Positions 39,924-48,795 of a stretch of DNA of 64,000 nucleotides are shown one piece after another. The position numbers and the translations under genes are program-made. The notes under the pieces are model-generated. The model was not told the origin of the DNA and made no database searches. It worked only from the letters and a program-made list of their open reading frames with translations. Positions within the stretch are counted from its first letter, which is position 1. Every line of letters begins with the position of its first letter. Source of the DNA: an uncultured delta proteobacterium (GTDB taxonomy: Bacteria; Desulfobacterota; Desulfuromonadia; Geobacterales; DSM-12255); contig CAWBBV010000007.1 of NCBI GenBank assembly GCA_963787125.1, positions 256,001-320,000 of the forward strand, in the 5' to 3' direction.

Positions 39924-41375
39924 ATGAACGTCAGAGCACAACTGGTAATGGTATTCAATCTGGACAAATGCATCGGTTGCCATGCCTGCAGCATCTCCTG
40001 CAAGAATATCTGGACCGACAGGAAAGGGGCCGAGTACATGTGGTGGAACAACGTCGAAACCAAGCCCGGCGTCGGTTATCCGAAAAATTGGGAAAGTCAG
40101 GACAAATTCAAGGGGGGCTGGCGGCGAGATGACGGCAAACTGAAGCTGCGGGCTCTGGGAAAAGGGCCGACACTGCTCAACATGTTCTTCCAGCCCAACA
40201 TGCCGAAGCTGGATGACTACTACGAGCCGTTCGATTTCGATTACAGCAATCTCTACAAGGCGCCCCCTGGCAGCGACCAGCCGGTGGCCGAAGCAATTTC
40301 ACAAATCTCCGGCAAGCGGATGGAGGAGATCACAAACGGCCCCAACTGGGACGACGATCTCTCCGGCTCACAGATCTATGCCGTCCAGGATGTCAATCTC
40401 GAAGATAGCACCCTTGTTGCTGACTATGGCCGCATGTTCATGCAGTATCTCCCCCGTATCTGCAATCACTGCCTGAACCCGGCCTGCGTCGCCTCCTGCC
40501 CCTCCAGGGCCATCTACAAACGGGGTGAAGACGGTGTCGTGCTGGTGGATCAGGAGGTCTGCAAAGGTTGGCGTTTCTGCACCAGCGCCTGTCCGTACAA
40601 GAAGGTCTATTTCAACTGGCAGAGCGGCAAGGCGGAAAAGTGTATCTTCTGTTTCCCCCGCACCGAGTCCGGTCAGTGCAACGCCTGCGCCCACAGCTGC
40701 GTCGGCCGGATCCGCCATGTCGGCGTGCTTCTTTATGATGCCGACCGGGTTGAAGCTGCGCTTTTAAAAGAGGATGCCCAGCTGGTAGCGGCTCATCGCG
40801 ACGTTATCCTGGATCCACACGATCCGCAGGTTCGGGAAGCGGCCCGCAAAAACGGCGTCACTGATCAGTGGCTTGAGGCGGCGGAAAAGTCCCCGGTATA
40901 CGCTCTGGTGAAGGAATTTGCCGTGGCCCTGCCGCTGCACCCGGAATTCAGAACCATGCCGATGGCTTACTATATCCCGTCCCTCTCCCCGGTTATTTCC
41001 AGTGGTGGCGATCTTCACAAACTTGCCGACCATGGCACCTTCCCGCTTCTGGCATCGATGCGGGCACCGATCAGTTTCCTGGCAAGTCTGCTCTCAGGAG
41101 GCAATCAGGAGATAATTGCCGAGGTGCTGCGCAAGCAGATCGCCCTGCGGCTCTTCAAACGGGCCGAAAATCTCGGCCAGACTATTGAACCGTCAATTCT
41201 GAAAAATGCCGGTCTGGATGAAGCGGGAGCCAACAAGCTCTACCGTCTCTTCACCATTGCCCCTTACCGTGAACGCTTCATCGTCCCGACGCAGCAGCGG
41301 GAGATGCAGGGTCCGCAAGAGCGCAAGGGTGCCAGTGGCTTCGGAATTCTGAAGAAGACCAGGAGGCCGAAATGA
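39924..41375 (+). CDS. narH: Respiratory nitrate reductase beta subunit
   Basis: NLDKCIGCHACSISCKN, CNHCLNPACVASCP, CKGWRFCTSACPYKK, LPLHPEFRTMPM. Confidence 0.96.
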   Translation: MNVRAQLVMVFNLDKCIGCHACSISCKNIWTDRKGAEYMWWNNVETKPGVGYPKNWESQDKFKGGWRRDDGKLKLRALGKGPTLLNMFFQPNMPKLDDYYEPFDFDYSNLYKAPPGSDQPVAEAISQISGKRMEEITNGPNWDDDLSGSQIYAVQDVNLEDSTLVADYGRMFMQYLPRICNHCLNPACVASCPSRAIYKRGEDGVVLVDQEVCKGWRFCTSACPYKKVYFNWQSGKAEKCIFCFPRTESGQCNACAHSCVGRIRHVGVLLYDADRVEAALLKEDAQLVAAHRDVILDPHDPQVREAARKNGVTDQWLEAAEKSPVYALVKEFAVALPLHPEFRTMPMAYYIPSLSPVISSGGDLHKLADHGTFPLLASMRAPISFLASLLSGGNQEIIAEVLRKQIALRLFKRAENLGQTIEPSILKNAGLDEAGANKLYRLFTIAPYRERFIVPTQQREMQGPQERKGASGFGILKKTRRPK

Positions 41376-41920
41376 CCAGAGCCGACAGCTACGAAGCCCT
41401 GTCCCGGCTGATCGACTATCCGGCGGAGAAAACCGGACTACAGAGTGACTGCACTATGGTGAGTGGCTTTATGAAGCAGCAGAAGATGAATTCAAAGCTG
41501 CTTTCAGCCTTTGCTGATTTTGCCGAAACAGCAACTCTGGCCGCGCTGCAGGAGGAGTACGTCGCCACCTTTGACTTCAATCCGGCCACCGCCCCCTATC
41601 TTGGTCATCACCTGTTTGGCGACAATCAGAAGAAGGGTGGTTACATGATCATGCTGAAGCAGGAGTACCTGCGGTGCGGCTACAGCCCCGAAGGGGTCGA
41701 ACTGCCTGATCATCTTGCCGTGGTGCTGGGGTTCCTGGCCCACCTTGCCAGGGGGAAAGGCACCGTCCCCCGGCAGAAATTCATTGCCGATTGCGTTTTG
41801 CCGGGGGTTGAACGATTGCATACCGCTTTTGGCGAGCGGCAGGAGTCACCTTGGAAATCCCTGGTTGAAACAGCAAGGCTGCACTGTGCTGAAGATTGCA
41901 AGGAGGTGCATTCATGTTAG
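41372..41920 (+). CDS. narJ: Nitrate reductase molybdenum cofactor assembly chaperone
   Basis: LIDYP, QEEYVATFD, ELPDHL; operon position. Confidence 0.88.
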   Translation: MTRADSYEALSRLIDYPAEKTGLQSDCTMVSGFMKQQKMNSKLLSAFADFAETATLAALQEEYVATFDFNPATAPYLGHHLFGDNQKKGGYMIMLKQEYLRCGYSPEGVELPDHLAVVLGFLAHLARGKGTVPRQKFIADCVLPGVERLHTAFGERQESPWKSLVETARLHCAEDCKEVHSC

Positions 41921-42585
41921 ACAGCTTCATTTTCGTAGTTATGCCCTACGCAGCCCTGGCGTTATTGATCTTTGTCACACCCTACCGCTACTACAGTAAC
42001 CGGCTGACCTGGACAGCCTATTCAACCCAGTTCCTGGAGAAGAATACGCTTTACTGGGGCTCTGTGCCGTGGCATTTCGGCATCCTCCTGGTACTGCTGG
42101 GGCATCTGGCCGGGGTTGTCTGTCCCCACGCCATGCACAGATTGCTGGCCAACCAGCAGCTGCTGGTCCTTTTGGAGAGTGTCGGGCTGGCGTGCGGCCT
42201 GCTGGCGTTAATGGGAAGCGTCCTGCTGCTCTTGAGGCGCGTCAATAAGGGTATTCTGAAGCAGGTTACCTTCTGTAGCGACTGGGTGCTCCTCTATCTC
42301 CTCGTCATGCAGGCCGCCACCGGGATTTATATCGCCACCGCCATGCGCTGGGGCTCTGTCTGGTATCTGGATACGGCAGTGCCATATTTCTACTCGCTAC
42401 TGTCGTTCAAGCCTGAACTGGGGTATGTGGCGGATTTCCCGCTGATCTTCAAACTCCATTCTGCCGGAGCCTTTCTGATACTGGCGCTGCTGCCTTTTAC
42501 CAAGCTTGTTCACCTCCTCTTTTCACCGGTGGCTTTTTTGAGAGATGCGCCGATTCTTTACCGCTGGCGCGGTAATAGATTTTAG
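41914..42585 (+). CDS. narI: Respiratory nitrate reductase gamma subunit (cytochrome b)
   Basis: STQFLE, WHFGIL...GH, FKLH, PFTKLVH; AGGAGG RBS before ATG 41914. Confidence 0.92.
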   Translation: MLDSFIFVVMPYAALALLIFVTPYRYYSNRLTWTAYSTQFLEKNTLYWGSVPWHFGILLVLLGHLAGVVCPHAMHRLLANQQLLVLLESVGLACGLLALMGSVLLLLRRVNKGILKQVTFCSDWVLLYLLVMQAATGIYIATAMRWGSVWYLDTAVPYFYSLLSFKPELGYVADFPLIFKLHSAGAFLILALLPFTKLVHLLFSPVAFLRDAPILYRWRGNRF

Positions 42586-42691
42586 TCCCCTCTCCATGAG
42601 GGAGAGGGCTAGGGTGAGGGGGAAATGCTGGATACTTGCACCGCTCCCCCTCATCCGGCCTTCGGCCACCTTCTCCCTCAAGGAGAAGGGA
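42586..42691. repeat. REP/REPIN-like double-palindrome element between narI and narK
   Basis: tcccctctcc-atga-gggagagggctagggtgaggggg ... ccccctcatccggccttcggccaccttctccctcaaggagaaggga; the two halves are inverted copies, each with its own hairpin. Confidence 0.8.
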
Positions 42692-42725
42692 TTAGCCGAG
42701 ACTTAGACATTGCCCAAGAAGGAGT

Positions 42726-44252
42726 TTGCAGATGCTGGCAGTTGCAACCTGGAAATCCCATAAAAACCTCTTTCTCAACACCCTTGCCTTTACGGTCTGC
42801 TTTGCCGCCTGGATGTTCAACGGCGTGCTGGTGACCTTTCTGGTGGACAATCAGGTCTTCAACTGGGGGCCGGTGCAGATCGGCTGGCTGTTCGGCATTC
42901 CGGTTCTGACCGGCTCCATATTTCGCCTCCCTGCCGGTATGCTGACCGATAAATTCGGCGGTAAACCGGTCTACGGAACGCTCCTTATCCTTTGCGCCAT
43001 CCCAATGTATCTGCTCTCCAAAGCTGACAGTTTTAACTCGTTTGCCCTTTGCAGCTTCGGCTTCGGCATGGCAGGCGTCAGTTTTTCCATCGGCATCGCC
43101 TTCAGCTCGGTCTGGTATCCGCGCGAGCGGCAGGGGACGGCGCTCGGTATTTTTGGCGCCGGCAACGCCGGGGCTGCACTGACGACGCTGTTCGCCCCGA
43201 CCATGCTCAACAAGTTGACCAATAACGGCACCAATATCGAGGGGTGGCGCGAGCTGCCGATCTATTACGCGCTGATCCTGGCAACTATGGGGGTAATTTT
43301 CTTCATCTTCAGTGACAACAGAAAACCGGCCAGTTCCAACAAGACTTTCATCCAGATGCTGACACCGCTCAAGCATGTGCGAGTCTGGCGTTTCGGACTG
43401 TACTACTTTCTGGTGTTTGGGTGCTTTGTTGCCTTTTCCCAGTGGCTCGTCCCCTATTTTGTCAATGTCTATTACCTGCCGCTGGTTACTGCCGGTCTGT
43501 TCGCTTCCATGTTCAGTCTCCCCTCAGGAGTGATCCGCGCCCTTGGTGGCTGGATGTCCGACAGGTTCGGCGGACGCCAGATCATGTACTGGGTGCTGGG
43601 GAGTTCGACGGTCATCAGTTTGATGGTGATGATCCCCAAAATGGAAATTCAGTCCCCCGGACGCGGGGTTATGGCCAAGCGTGCCGGAGTGGTACAGACG
43701 GTGACTGAGGGCTCTGTTGTGGTGAAGGAGGTTAAGATCACTTCTGAAGTTCTCGGCGATCAGACCTACAAGTTGAAGGCAAAGCCGGAGGTTATGCAAA
43801 GCTTTGATGGCCGGATCCTTGTCCTCCCCGGCAAGCAGACGTGGCAGGAACCGGTGGTAAAGCCTGGTCAAGCGGTGAAGAAGAAGGAACTTTTGGCCAA
43901 AGGGGTGACCAGGATCTATTTTCAGGCCAATGTCTGGATTTTTGCTGTGCTCGTGCTGCTGCTCGGCACAATCTGGGGTATCGGCAAGGCGGCTGTCTAC
44001 AAGCTGATTCCGGACTATTTTCCGGATGAAGTGGGAGTGGTCGGCGGGATGGTGGGGGTGCTGGGCGGTTTGGGAGGTTTTGTCTGTCCGATAGTTTTCG
44101 GTTACCTGCTTGAATGGACCGGGCTATGGACCAGTTGCTGGTTATTCATGCTGTTTCTGTCGGTTGCTTGCCTGGTTTCGCTGCACTATGTTGTGCAAAA
44201 AATGATGAAGGATAAACATCCCGGAGATATGCGGGTGTTTGAAAATAACTGA
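42726..44252 (+). CDS. narK: NarK/NasA-family nitrate/nitrite MFS transporter with a soluble loop insertion
   Basis: PVLTGSIFRLPAGMLTDKFGG, ALGIFGAGNAG, GVVGGMVGVLGGLGGF; start may be ATG 42732. Confidence 0.9.
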   Translation: MQMLAVATWKSHKNLFLNTLAFTVCFAAWMFNGVLVTFLVDNQVFNWGPVQIGWLFGIPVLTGSIFRLPAGMLTDKFGGKPVYGTLLILCAIPMYLLSKADSFNSFALCSFGFGMAGVSFSIGIAFSSVWYPRERQGTALGIFGAGNAGAALTTLFAPTMLNKLTNNGTNIEGWRELPIYYALILATMGVIFFIFSDNRKPASSNKTFIQMLTPLKHVRVWRFGLYYFLVFGCFVAFSQWLVPYFVNVYYLPLVTAGLFASMFSLPSGVIRALGGWMSDRFGGRQIMYWVLGSSTVISLMVMIPKMEIQSPGRGVMAKRAGVVQTVTEGSVVVKEVKITSEVLGDQTYKLKAKPEVMQSFDGRILVLPGKQTWQEPVVKPGQAVKKKELLAKGVTRIYFQANVWIFAVLVLLLGTIWGIGKAAVYKLIPDYFPDEVGVVGGMVGVLGGLGGFVCPIVFGYLLEWTGLWTSCWLFMLFLSVACLVSLHYVVQKMMKDKHPGDMRVFENN

Positions 44253-44272
44253 CGGTAGATGAGGAGACAACA

Positions 44273-45646
44273 ATGGCACGTGTATTAACGATATGGAATC
44301 CGGAAGATAAGGAATTCTGGGAAAAGGAAGGGAAAGCCATTGCCAATCGCAACCTCTGGATTTCCATCCCGGCACTGCTACTGGCCTTCTCGGTCTGGAT
44401 GGTCTGGTCCATGGTGGTAGTGAAATTGCCATTGATCGGCTTCAAATTCGACACCAACCAGCTTTTCTGGCTGGCCGCAGTGCCGGCACTCTCGGGTGCT
44501 ACCCTGCGTATTTTCTATTCTTTTATGGTGCCGATTTTCGGCGGTCGCAGGTGGACCGCGATCTCCACCGCATCGTTGCTCATTCCTGCCATCGGTATCG
44601 GTTTTGCCGTGCGGGAACAGTCCACCAGTTACACCATCATGCTCATCCTGGCACTTCTTTGCGGTTTGGGCGGTGGCAACTTCTCCTCAAGTATGGCTAA
44701 TATCAGTTTTTTCTTTCCCAAAGCCCAAAAAGGGACTGCTCTCGGGCTTAATGCCGGTCTTGGCAATCTGGGTGTCTCGGTGATGCAGTTTTTAATTCCG
44801 CTGGCAATTACCGCCGGTGTCCTTGGCGGGGTCTGCGGCGATCCTCAAGTCTGTGTCGTCAAAGGTGTGCCCACCAATCTCTGGCTGCAGAACGCCGGCT
44901 TCATCTGGGTACCGTTTATCGTCGTCGCCACTATAGCCGCCTGGTTCGGCATGAATGATATCGCCAGTGCCAAGGCTTCATTCAAGGATCAGGCAGTGAT
45001 CTTCAGACGCAAGCATAACTGGTTGATGTGCTGGCTTTACCTCGGCACATTCGGCTCATTCATCGGCTTTGCCGCCGGGTTTGCTCTTCTCACCAAGAAG
45101 CTTTTCCCGGAGATAGACCCGACCCAGTACGCTTTTCTTGGGCCGTTGGTCGGCGCCATTGCCCGCCCTATTGGCGGCTGGATCTCCGACAAACTTGGCG
45201 GCGCGCGCGTCACCGTTTGGACTTTCATTGCCATGGTGTTGGCAGTGTTCGGCGTACTGGCCTTTCTCCCCCACAACGGCCAGGGTGGGAGTTTCTTCGG
45301 TTTTTTGGTCATGTTCCTGGTTCTGTTTACCCTGACCGGAATCGGCAATGCCTCGACTTTCCGCATGATTCCGATAATCTACATTACTGAACACCAGCGT
45401 GCCTCTAATGGCAGAAGTGAGGCTCAAATTAACATGGATGCTGCCAAGGAGGCTGCTGCCGCCCTCGGGTTTGCCGGTGCATTAGGCGCTTACGGCGGGT
45501 TCTTCATTCCCAAAAGTTTCGGTACATCTATCGCCATGACCGGAGGTCCGGAGGCCGCTCTCTATGGCTTCATTGCATTTTATATGTTATGCATCATCAT
45601 GACCTGGTGGTTCTACTCACGCAAAAATGCCGAAATGCCATGTTAA
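44273..45646 (+). CDS. narK: NarK-family nitrate/nitrite MFS transporter (NarK2-like)
   Basis: WNPED..FW, RNLWISIPALLLAF, GGGNFSSSMANISFFFPK, GAYGGFFIPKSFG. Confidence 0.93.
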   Translation: MARVLTIWNPEDKEFWEKEGKAIANRNLWISIPALLLAFSVWMVWSMVVVKLPLIGFKFDTNQLFWLAAVPALSGATLRIFYSFMVPIFGGRRWTAISTASLLIPAIGIGFAVREQSTSYTIMLILALLCGLGGGNFSSSMANISFFFPKAQKGTALGLNAGLGNLGVSVMQFLIPLAITAGVLGGVCGDPQVCVVKGVPTNLWLQNAGFIWVPFIVVATIAAWFGMNDIASAKASFKDQAVIFRRKHNWLMCWLYLGTFGSFIGFAAGFALLTKKLFPEIDPTQYAFLGPLVGAIARPIGGWISDKLGGARVTVWTFIAMVLAVFGVLAFLPHNGQGGSFFGFLVMFLVLFTLTGIGNASTFRMIPIIYITEHQRASNGRSEAQINMDAAKEAAAALGFAGALGAYGGFFIPKSFGTSIAMTGGPEAALYGFIAFYMLCIIMTWWFYSRKNAEMPC

Positions 45647-45700
45647 GAAGTTCAGCTGTCTCAAGGGAATCTAAATAGTCCTCAACGAGGGCAAAACAAC

Positions 45701-47522
45701 GATAGTGTCAAAAGTTTCATGAAAAGCCGGGATATTGAAATGGAAAGTACTCGAAAGTAAACGATGCCCTTCATCTGCATCTTTTCCGAGTCTGTCCAGA
45801 CTGTGACTTCACTACTTTGTGGTTACTGGCTTGAATTTTGGGCAAGCCACTCTGTGACCAGGCACGTGAGATAGTTGGTCAGATTAAAACAACAATCAGT
45901 AAATTGATCTTTGAAGACGGGAAGTCAGGCAGCTAGCGAGAGGATCTTGGTCCATCTAGCCTGAATGGTCGGCAGTGCCTTCAACTCCTGCAAAGGCACC
46001 GGTGGTAGATATTTTAGCGACATGTGAGGCCTGAGGAAGTTGTAGTGGGTCACAAACAGCGTAGTTAAAGATACCGCACCGTTTGTGCTGTTGAATCCTG
46101 CTGCTGGCCTTACATGATACTTGAAGGTTCTGTTGAGCCGCTCAACGAGCTGCTTGAAGGATCTGTACTCTTCGGACTCGGCATCAAGGTTTTGGAGGCC
46201 AATAACCTTTTTGTGCTGAATCGTCTGGGAATCATCAGTCTGGGCATTGATGAAATGAATGCCAGCTGGATAAGAAGGGTTTCCGTCGCTGACAAGGGTT
46301 ATTTGCTGATCGGCAGAAGCAGTCCTGATGGCTTCATTCATAGCGATAATGGCAGGCTGAGTGCCCCTGTTATCGGCCACGTGATAGGCGGAGATTTTCA
46401 GGTTCTTTGCCGAGATAAAAAAGAAGACATAATGGTGCTTGCCCAGGATCTTGATGTAGGTCTCATCACCTGCAGAGATATTATCGATATGGCCTTTATG
46501 CTTGAGATTGAATCGGTGGCAGTGCCAGGCGGCGCCAGCGGCATAATTGAGAACTGTCTGATGAGAAACCTTGATACAGAAGACTTCGCGCAGGATTTGA
46601 GCAGTTTTTCTGGCCGGAACGGCGAATGAAACATAGAAAGTCAGAATCAGGCCAAGCACGTTTTCGCTGTTATGGATTCTCGCCAGTTCGACCGGCGGTT
46701 TGTCCGGAGAAGAGAGTTCCAACTCTTCCGGTTTGTAGTGATATTCGCGGTACTGGTAGTTGATTTTGAACTGAGAACTTTTCTTTTTCATCAGCTCTTT
46801 CTCGGCTTTATTGAGCTTGGCAAGCGCCTGGATACGGTGAGGACAGTTATCATTTGGGCACTTGTGGATGGTCACTTCCTTTTGCGACTTCCACCTGAAG
46901 AGAGCCAGCCCGCAATGGGGACAGAAGAGCTTTGACTTTCTGTTGGTTCTGAAGCGCTGTTGGAGTTGGAAGAGTTGAGAGCAAACCTTGCAGAGAACTT
47001 GAGAGCGCTTCTTTCCGTCGTTGAAGTAGAGATAAGTATTTGGCGCTCCGCAGCAGGGACAGGTGACATGCACTGGAACCGGTGATGAACCCGCCCGGAG
47101 CTTGACCGGAGCAAGAGACTTTCCGTGAAGTGTTTCGTACTCAATCAGGAGTTGCCGGTAGTCTTTTTGATCGAGGTCTTTTTTTTAAACTTTGGGGGCT
47201 CAGTCAGTGGCGGCTTGGGATCGACAATAAAGTTTCTGTAGTTCGGATGTTTCTCTTTGAAATCGTCCTTTGGCTTAACTTCAGGATTACGATTTTCGAG
47301 GACATCTGACAACCCGACGACGATCTGTTCAATCTCGGTCTTTGTAAACTTGGAGCAAATCCAGACAACAAACCGGGCAGTTTTGGATAGGTACGACATG
47401 AGCTAGCCCTCCATAACTGGCATTCTTAACCAGAATCACGGGGGGAGGCAAGACTTTGATTGGTAATGCATTGAAATTAGAACTGAAAAGCAAAAAGACA
47501 TGTCAAGAAGTTTGACACAACG
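45701..47522 (-). mobile_element. Insertion sequence, IS6-like DDE family, 1822 bp
   Basis: 8-bp direct repeat AAAACAAC at 45693-45700 and 47523-47530; imperfect terminal IRs gatagtgtcaaa / tttgacacaacg; internal DDE transposase. Confidence 0.85.
45925..47399 (-). CDS. DDE transposase with N-terminal zinc ribbons; two frames joined by a -1 shift at A8G (47178-47186)
   Basis: CPCC..CKVC..CPHC..CPNDNC; GDETYIK, SDGNPSY, VERLNRTFK, HYNFLRPH; upstream ORF 47145..47399 joins at TTT AAA AAA AAG. Confidence 0.85.
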
Positions 47523-47545
47523 AAAACAACCAAAGGGAGAATATT

Positions 47546-47833
47546 ATGAAAATTACCAGTAGATTTTCCGCAGTAATTACCATCCTTGCCATTTCCACTT
47601 TCGCTGGGACGGTCTTCGCCGCCGATGTTATTGATTTGCCTGCTTCCATGGGGAAGGTCAACTTTCCGCACAAAAAGCACCAACAGATGCTGAAGGATTG
47701 CACAAAATGTCATGAAAAAGCTCCGGGTAAAATTGCAGAGCTCGGCAAAGATTGGGCTCACAAGACCTGCAAAGGGTGTCACACCGAGATGAAAAAAGGA
47801 CCTGTTGCTTGCAAGGATTGCCATAAGAAGTAA
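47546..47833 (+). CDS. Periplasmic triheme cytochrome c7 (PpcA family)
   Basis: Signal peptide, GKVNFPHKKH, CTKCH, AHKTCKGCH, GPVACKDCHKK. Confidence 0.93.
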   Translation: MKITSRFSAVITILAISTFAGTVFAADVIDLPASMGKVNFPHKKHQQMLKDCTKCHEKAPGKIAELGKDWAHKTCKGCHTEMKKGPVACKDCHKK

Positions 47834-47865
47834 GCAGCCACAGCGTATCGATAAGGAGAAAATCA

Positions 47866-48300
47866 ATGAGTGATCTGACGTTTGCCAGCTTGAGTGAGCA
47901 ACTTGTAAGAGAAAGCTGCGATGCTATTCTGTTTTCAGATAAAGAGGGCATAATCCGTCTCTGGAATAAAGGCGCTGAGGCGATGTTTGGTTATAGTTCC
48001 AGCGAAGCCGTTGGCCGGAGTCTGGATCTGTTTATTCCCGAAAATCTTCGCGGACGTCATTGGGAAGGGTATAATAAGGTCATGGTCAGCGGCGTGACCC
48101 GCTACGGCACAGAACTTCTCGCTGCGCCTGGTATCTGTAAGGATGGTACAAAGCTTTCCCTTGAGTTCAGTATGGTGATTGTTCGCGGTGATGATGGCGC
48201 TGTGCTTGGAGTCGGGGCGATAATTCGCAACGTAACCGCTCGTTTCAAGAAAGAGAAGGAGCTTAAAGACCGTCTCAAAGAGTTGGAAGCAGGCCACTGA
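47866..48300 (+). CDS. Stand-alone PAS-domain protein
   Basis: DAILFSDKEGIIRLWNKGAEAMFGYSSSEAVGRSLDLFIPE. Confidence 0.88.
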   Translation: MSDLTFASLSEQLVRESCDAILFSDKEGIIRLWNKGAEAMFGYSSSEAVGRSLDLFIPENLRGRHWEGYNKVMVSGVTRYGTELLAAPGICKDGTKLSLEFSMVIVRGDDGAVLGVGAIIRNVTARFKKEKELKDRLKELEAGH

Positions 48301-48344
48301 AACTGAATCCACTTGCAGATTGATTATAACGGCAGGTTAAAAAT

Positions 48345-48371
48345 GCCCCGATTCGTGCGGGGCTTTTTTTT
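48345..48371 (+). terminator. Intrinsic terminator
   Basis: gccccg-attcgtg-cggggc then T8. Confidence 0.8.
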
Positions 48372-48379
48372 GGAATGAA

Positions 48380-48423
48380 ATTTGACTTAGGTCAAGTTGA
48401 TTTTGGCTAATAAGTAATAGCGT
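48380..48423 (+). promoter_or_regulatory. Crp/Fnr-family (Fnr/HcpR-like) box with class II -10, upstream of ferredoxin and nitrite reductase
   Basis: atTTGAC-ttag-GTCAAgt with perfect palindromic core; TAGCGT at 48418. Confidence 0.7.
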
Positions 48424-48544
48424 TGTGAAAGTTTTTTCATCCAGTTAATTGAATGTTCGTGGATATCTGGTATTTATTTATAGTCTTACTCTGAAGGTAA
48501 GCTTATAAAAAACTGCTGCTGAAACTGATTTAAACGGGACTTGA

Positions 48545-48739
48545 ATGCCTGAAGCACACTATCTCATCCAGGGCAATATCAGCTGTCTGGCGTTAAAAGG
48601 AGCCTGCTTTGCCTGCGTTGATCACTGCCCCCGCGAGGCGGTCAGCATGGCTCTGGGGGTCGGGATTGTTGTCAACCAGGAGCTTTGCGACGGCTGCAGA
48701 GAGTGCGAAGCTGTCTGTCCAAAAAAAACTGAAAATTAA
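48545..48739 (+). CDS. Small 2x[4Fe-4S] ferredoxin-like protein
   Basis: CLALKGACFACVDHCP and CDGCRECEAVCP. Confidence 0.75.
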   Translation: MPEAHYLIQGNISCLALKGACFACVDHCPREAVSMALGVGIVVNQELCDGCRECEAVCPKKTEN

Positions 48740-48795
48740 CGGAGCAATAGATGTTGGCAGGTGTATTAATTAAAATCTATGAAAAGGAGTAACGA

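Noticed and set aside
42625..42834. 69-aa ORF (PPHPAFGHLLPQGEG)
   Set aside because: Translation of the palindromic repeat overlapping the narK start; not a credible gene.
47512..47545. Hybrid promoter from the IS-end TTGACA driving the c7 gene
   Set aside because: No -10-like hexamer 16-18 bp downstream; that position is the RBS.
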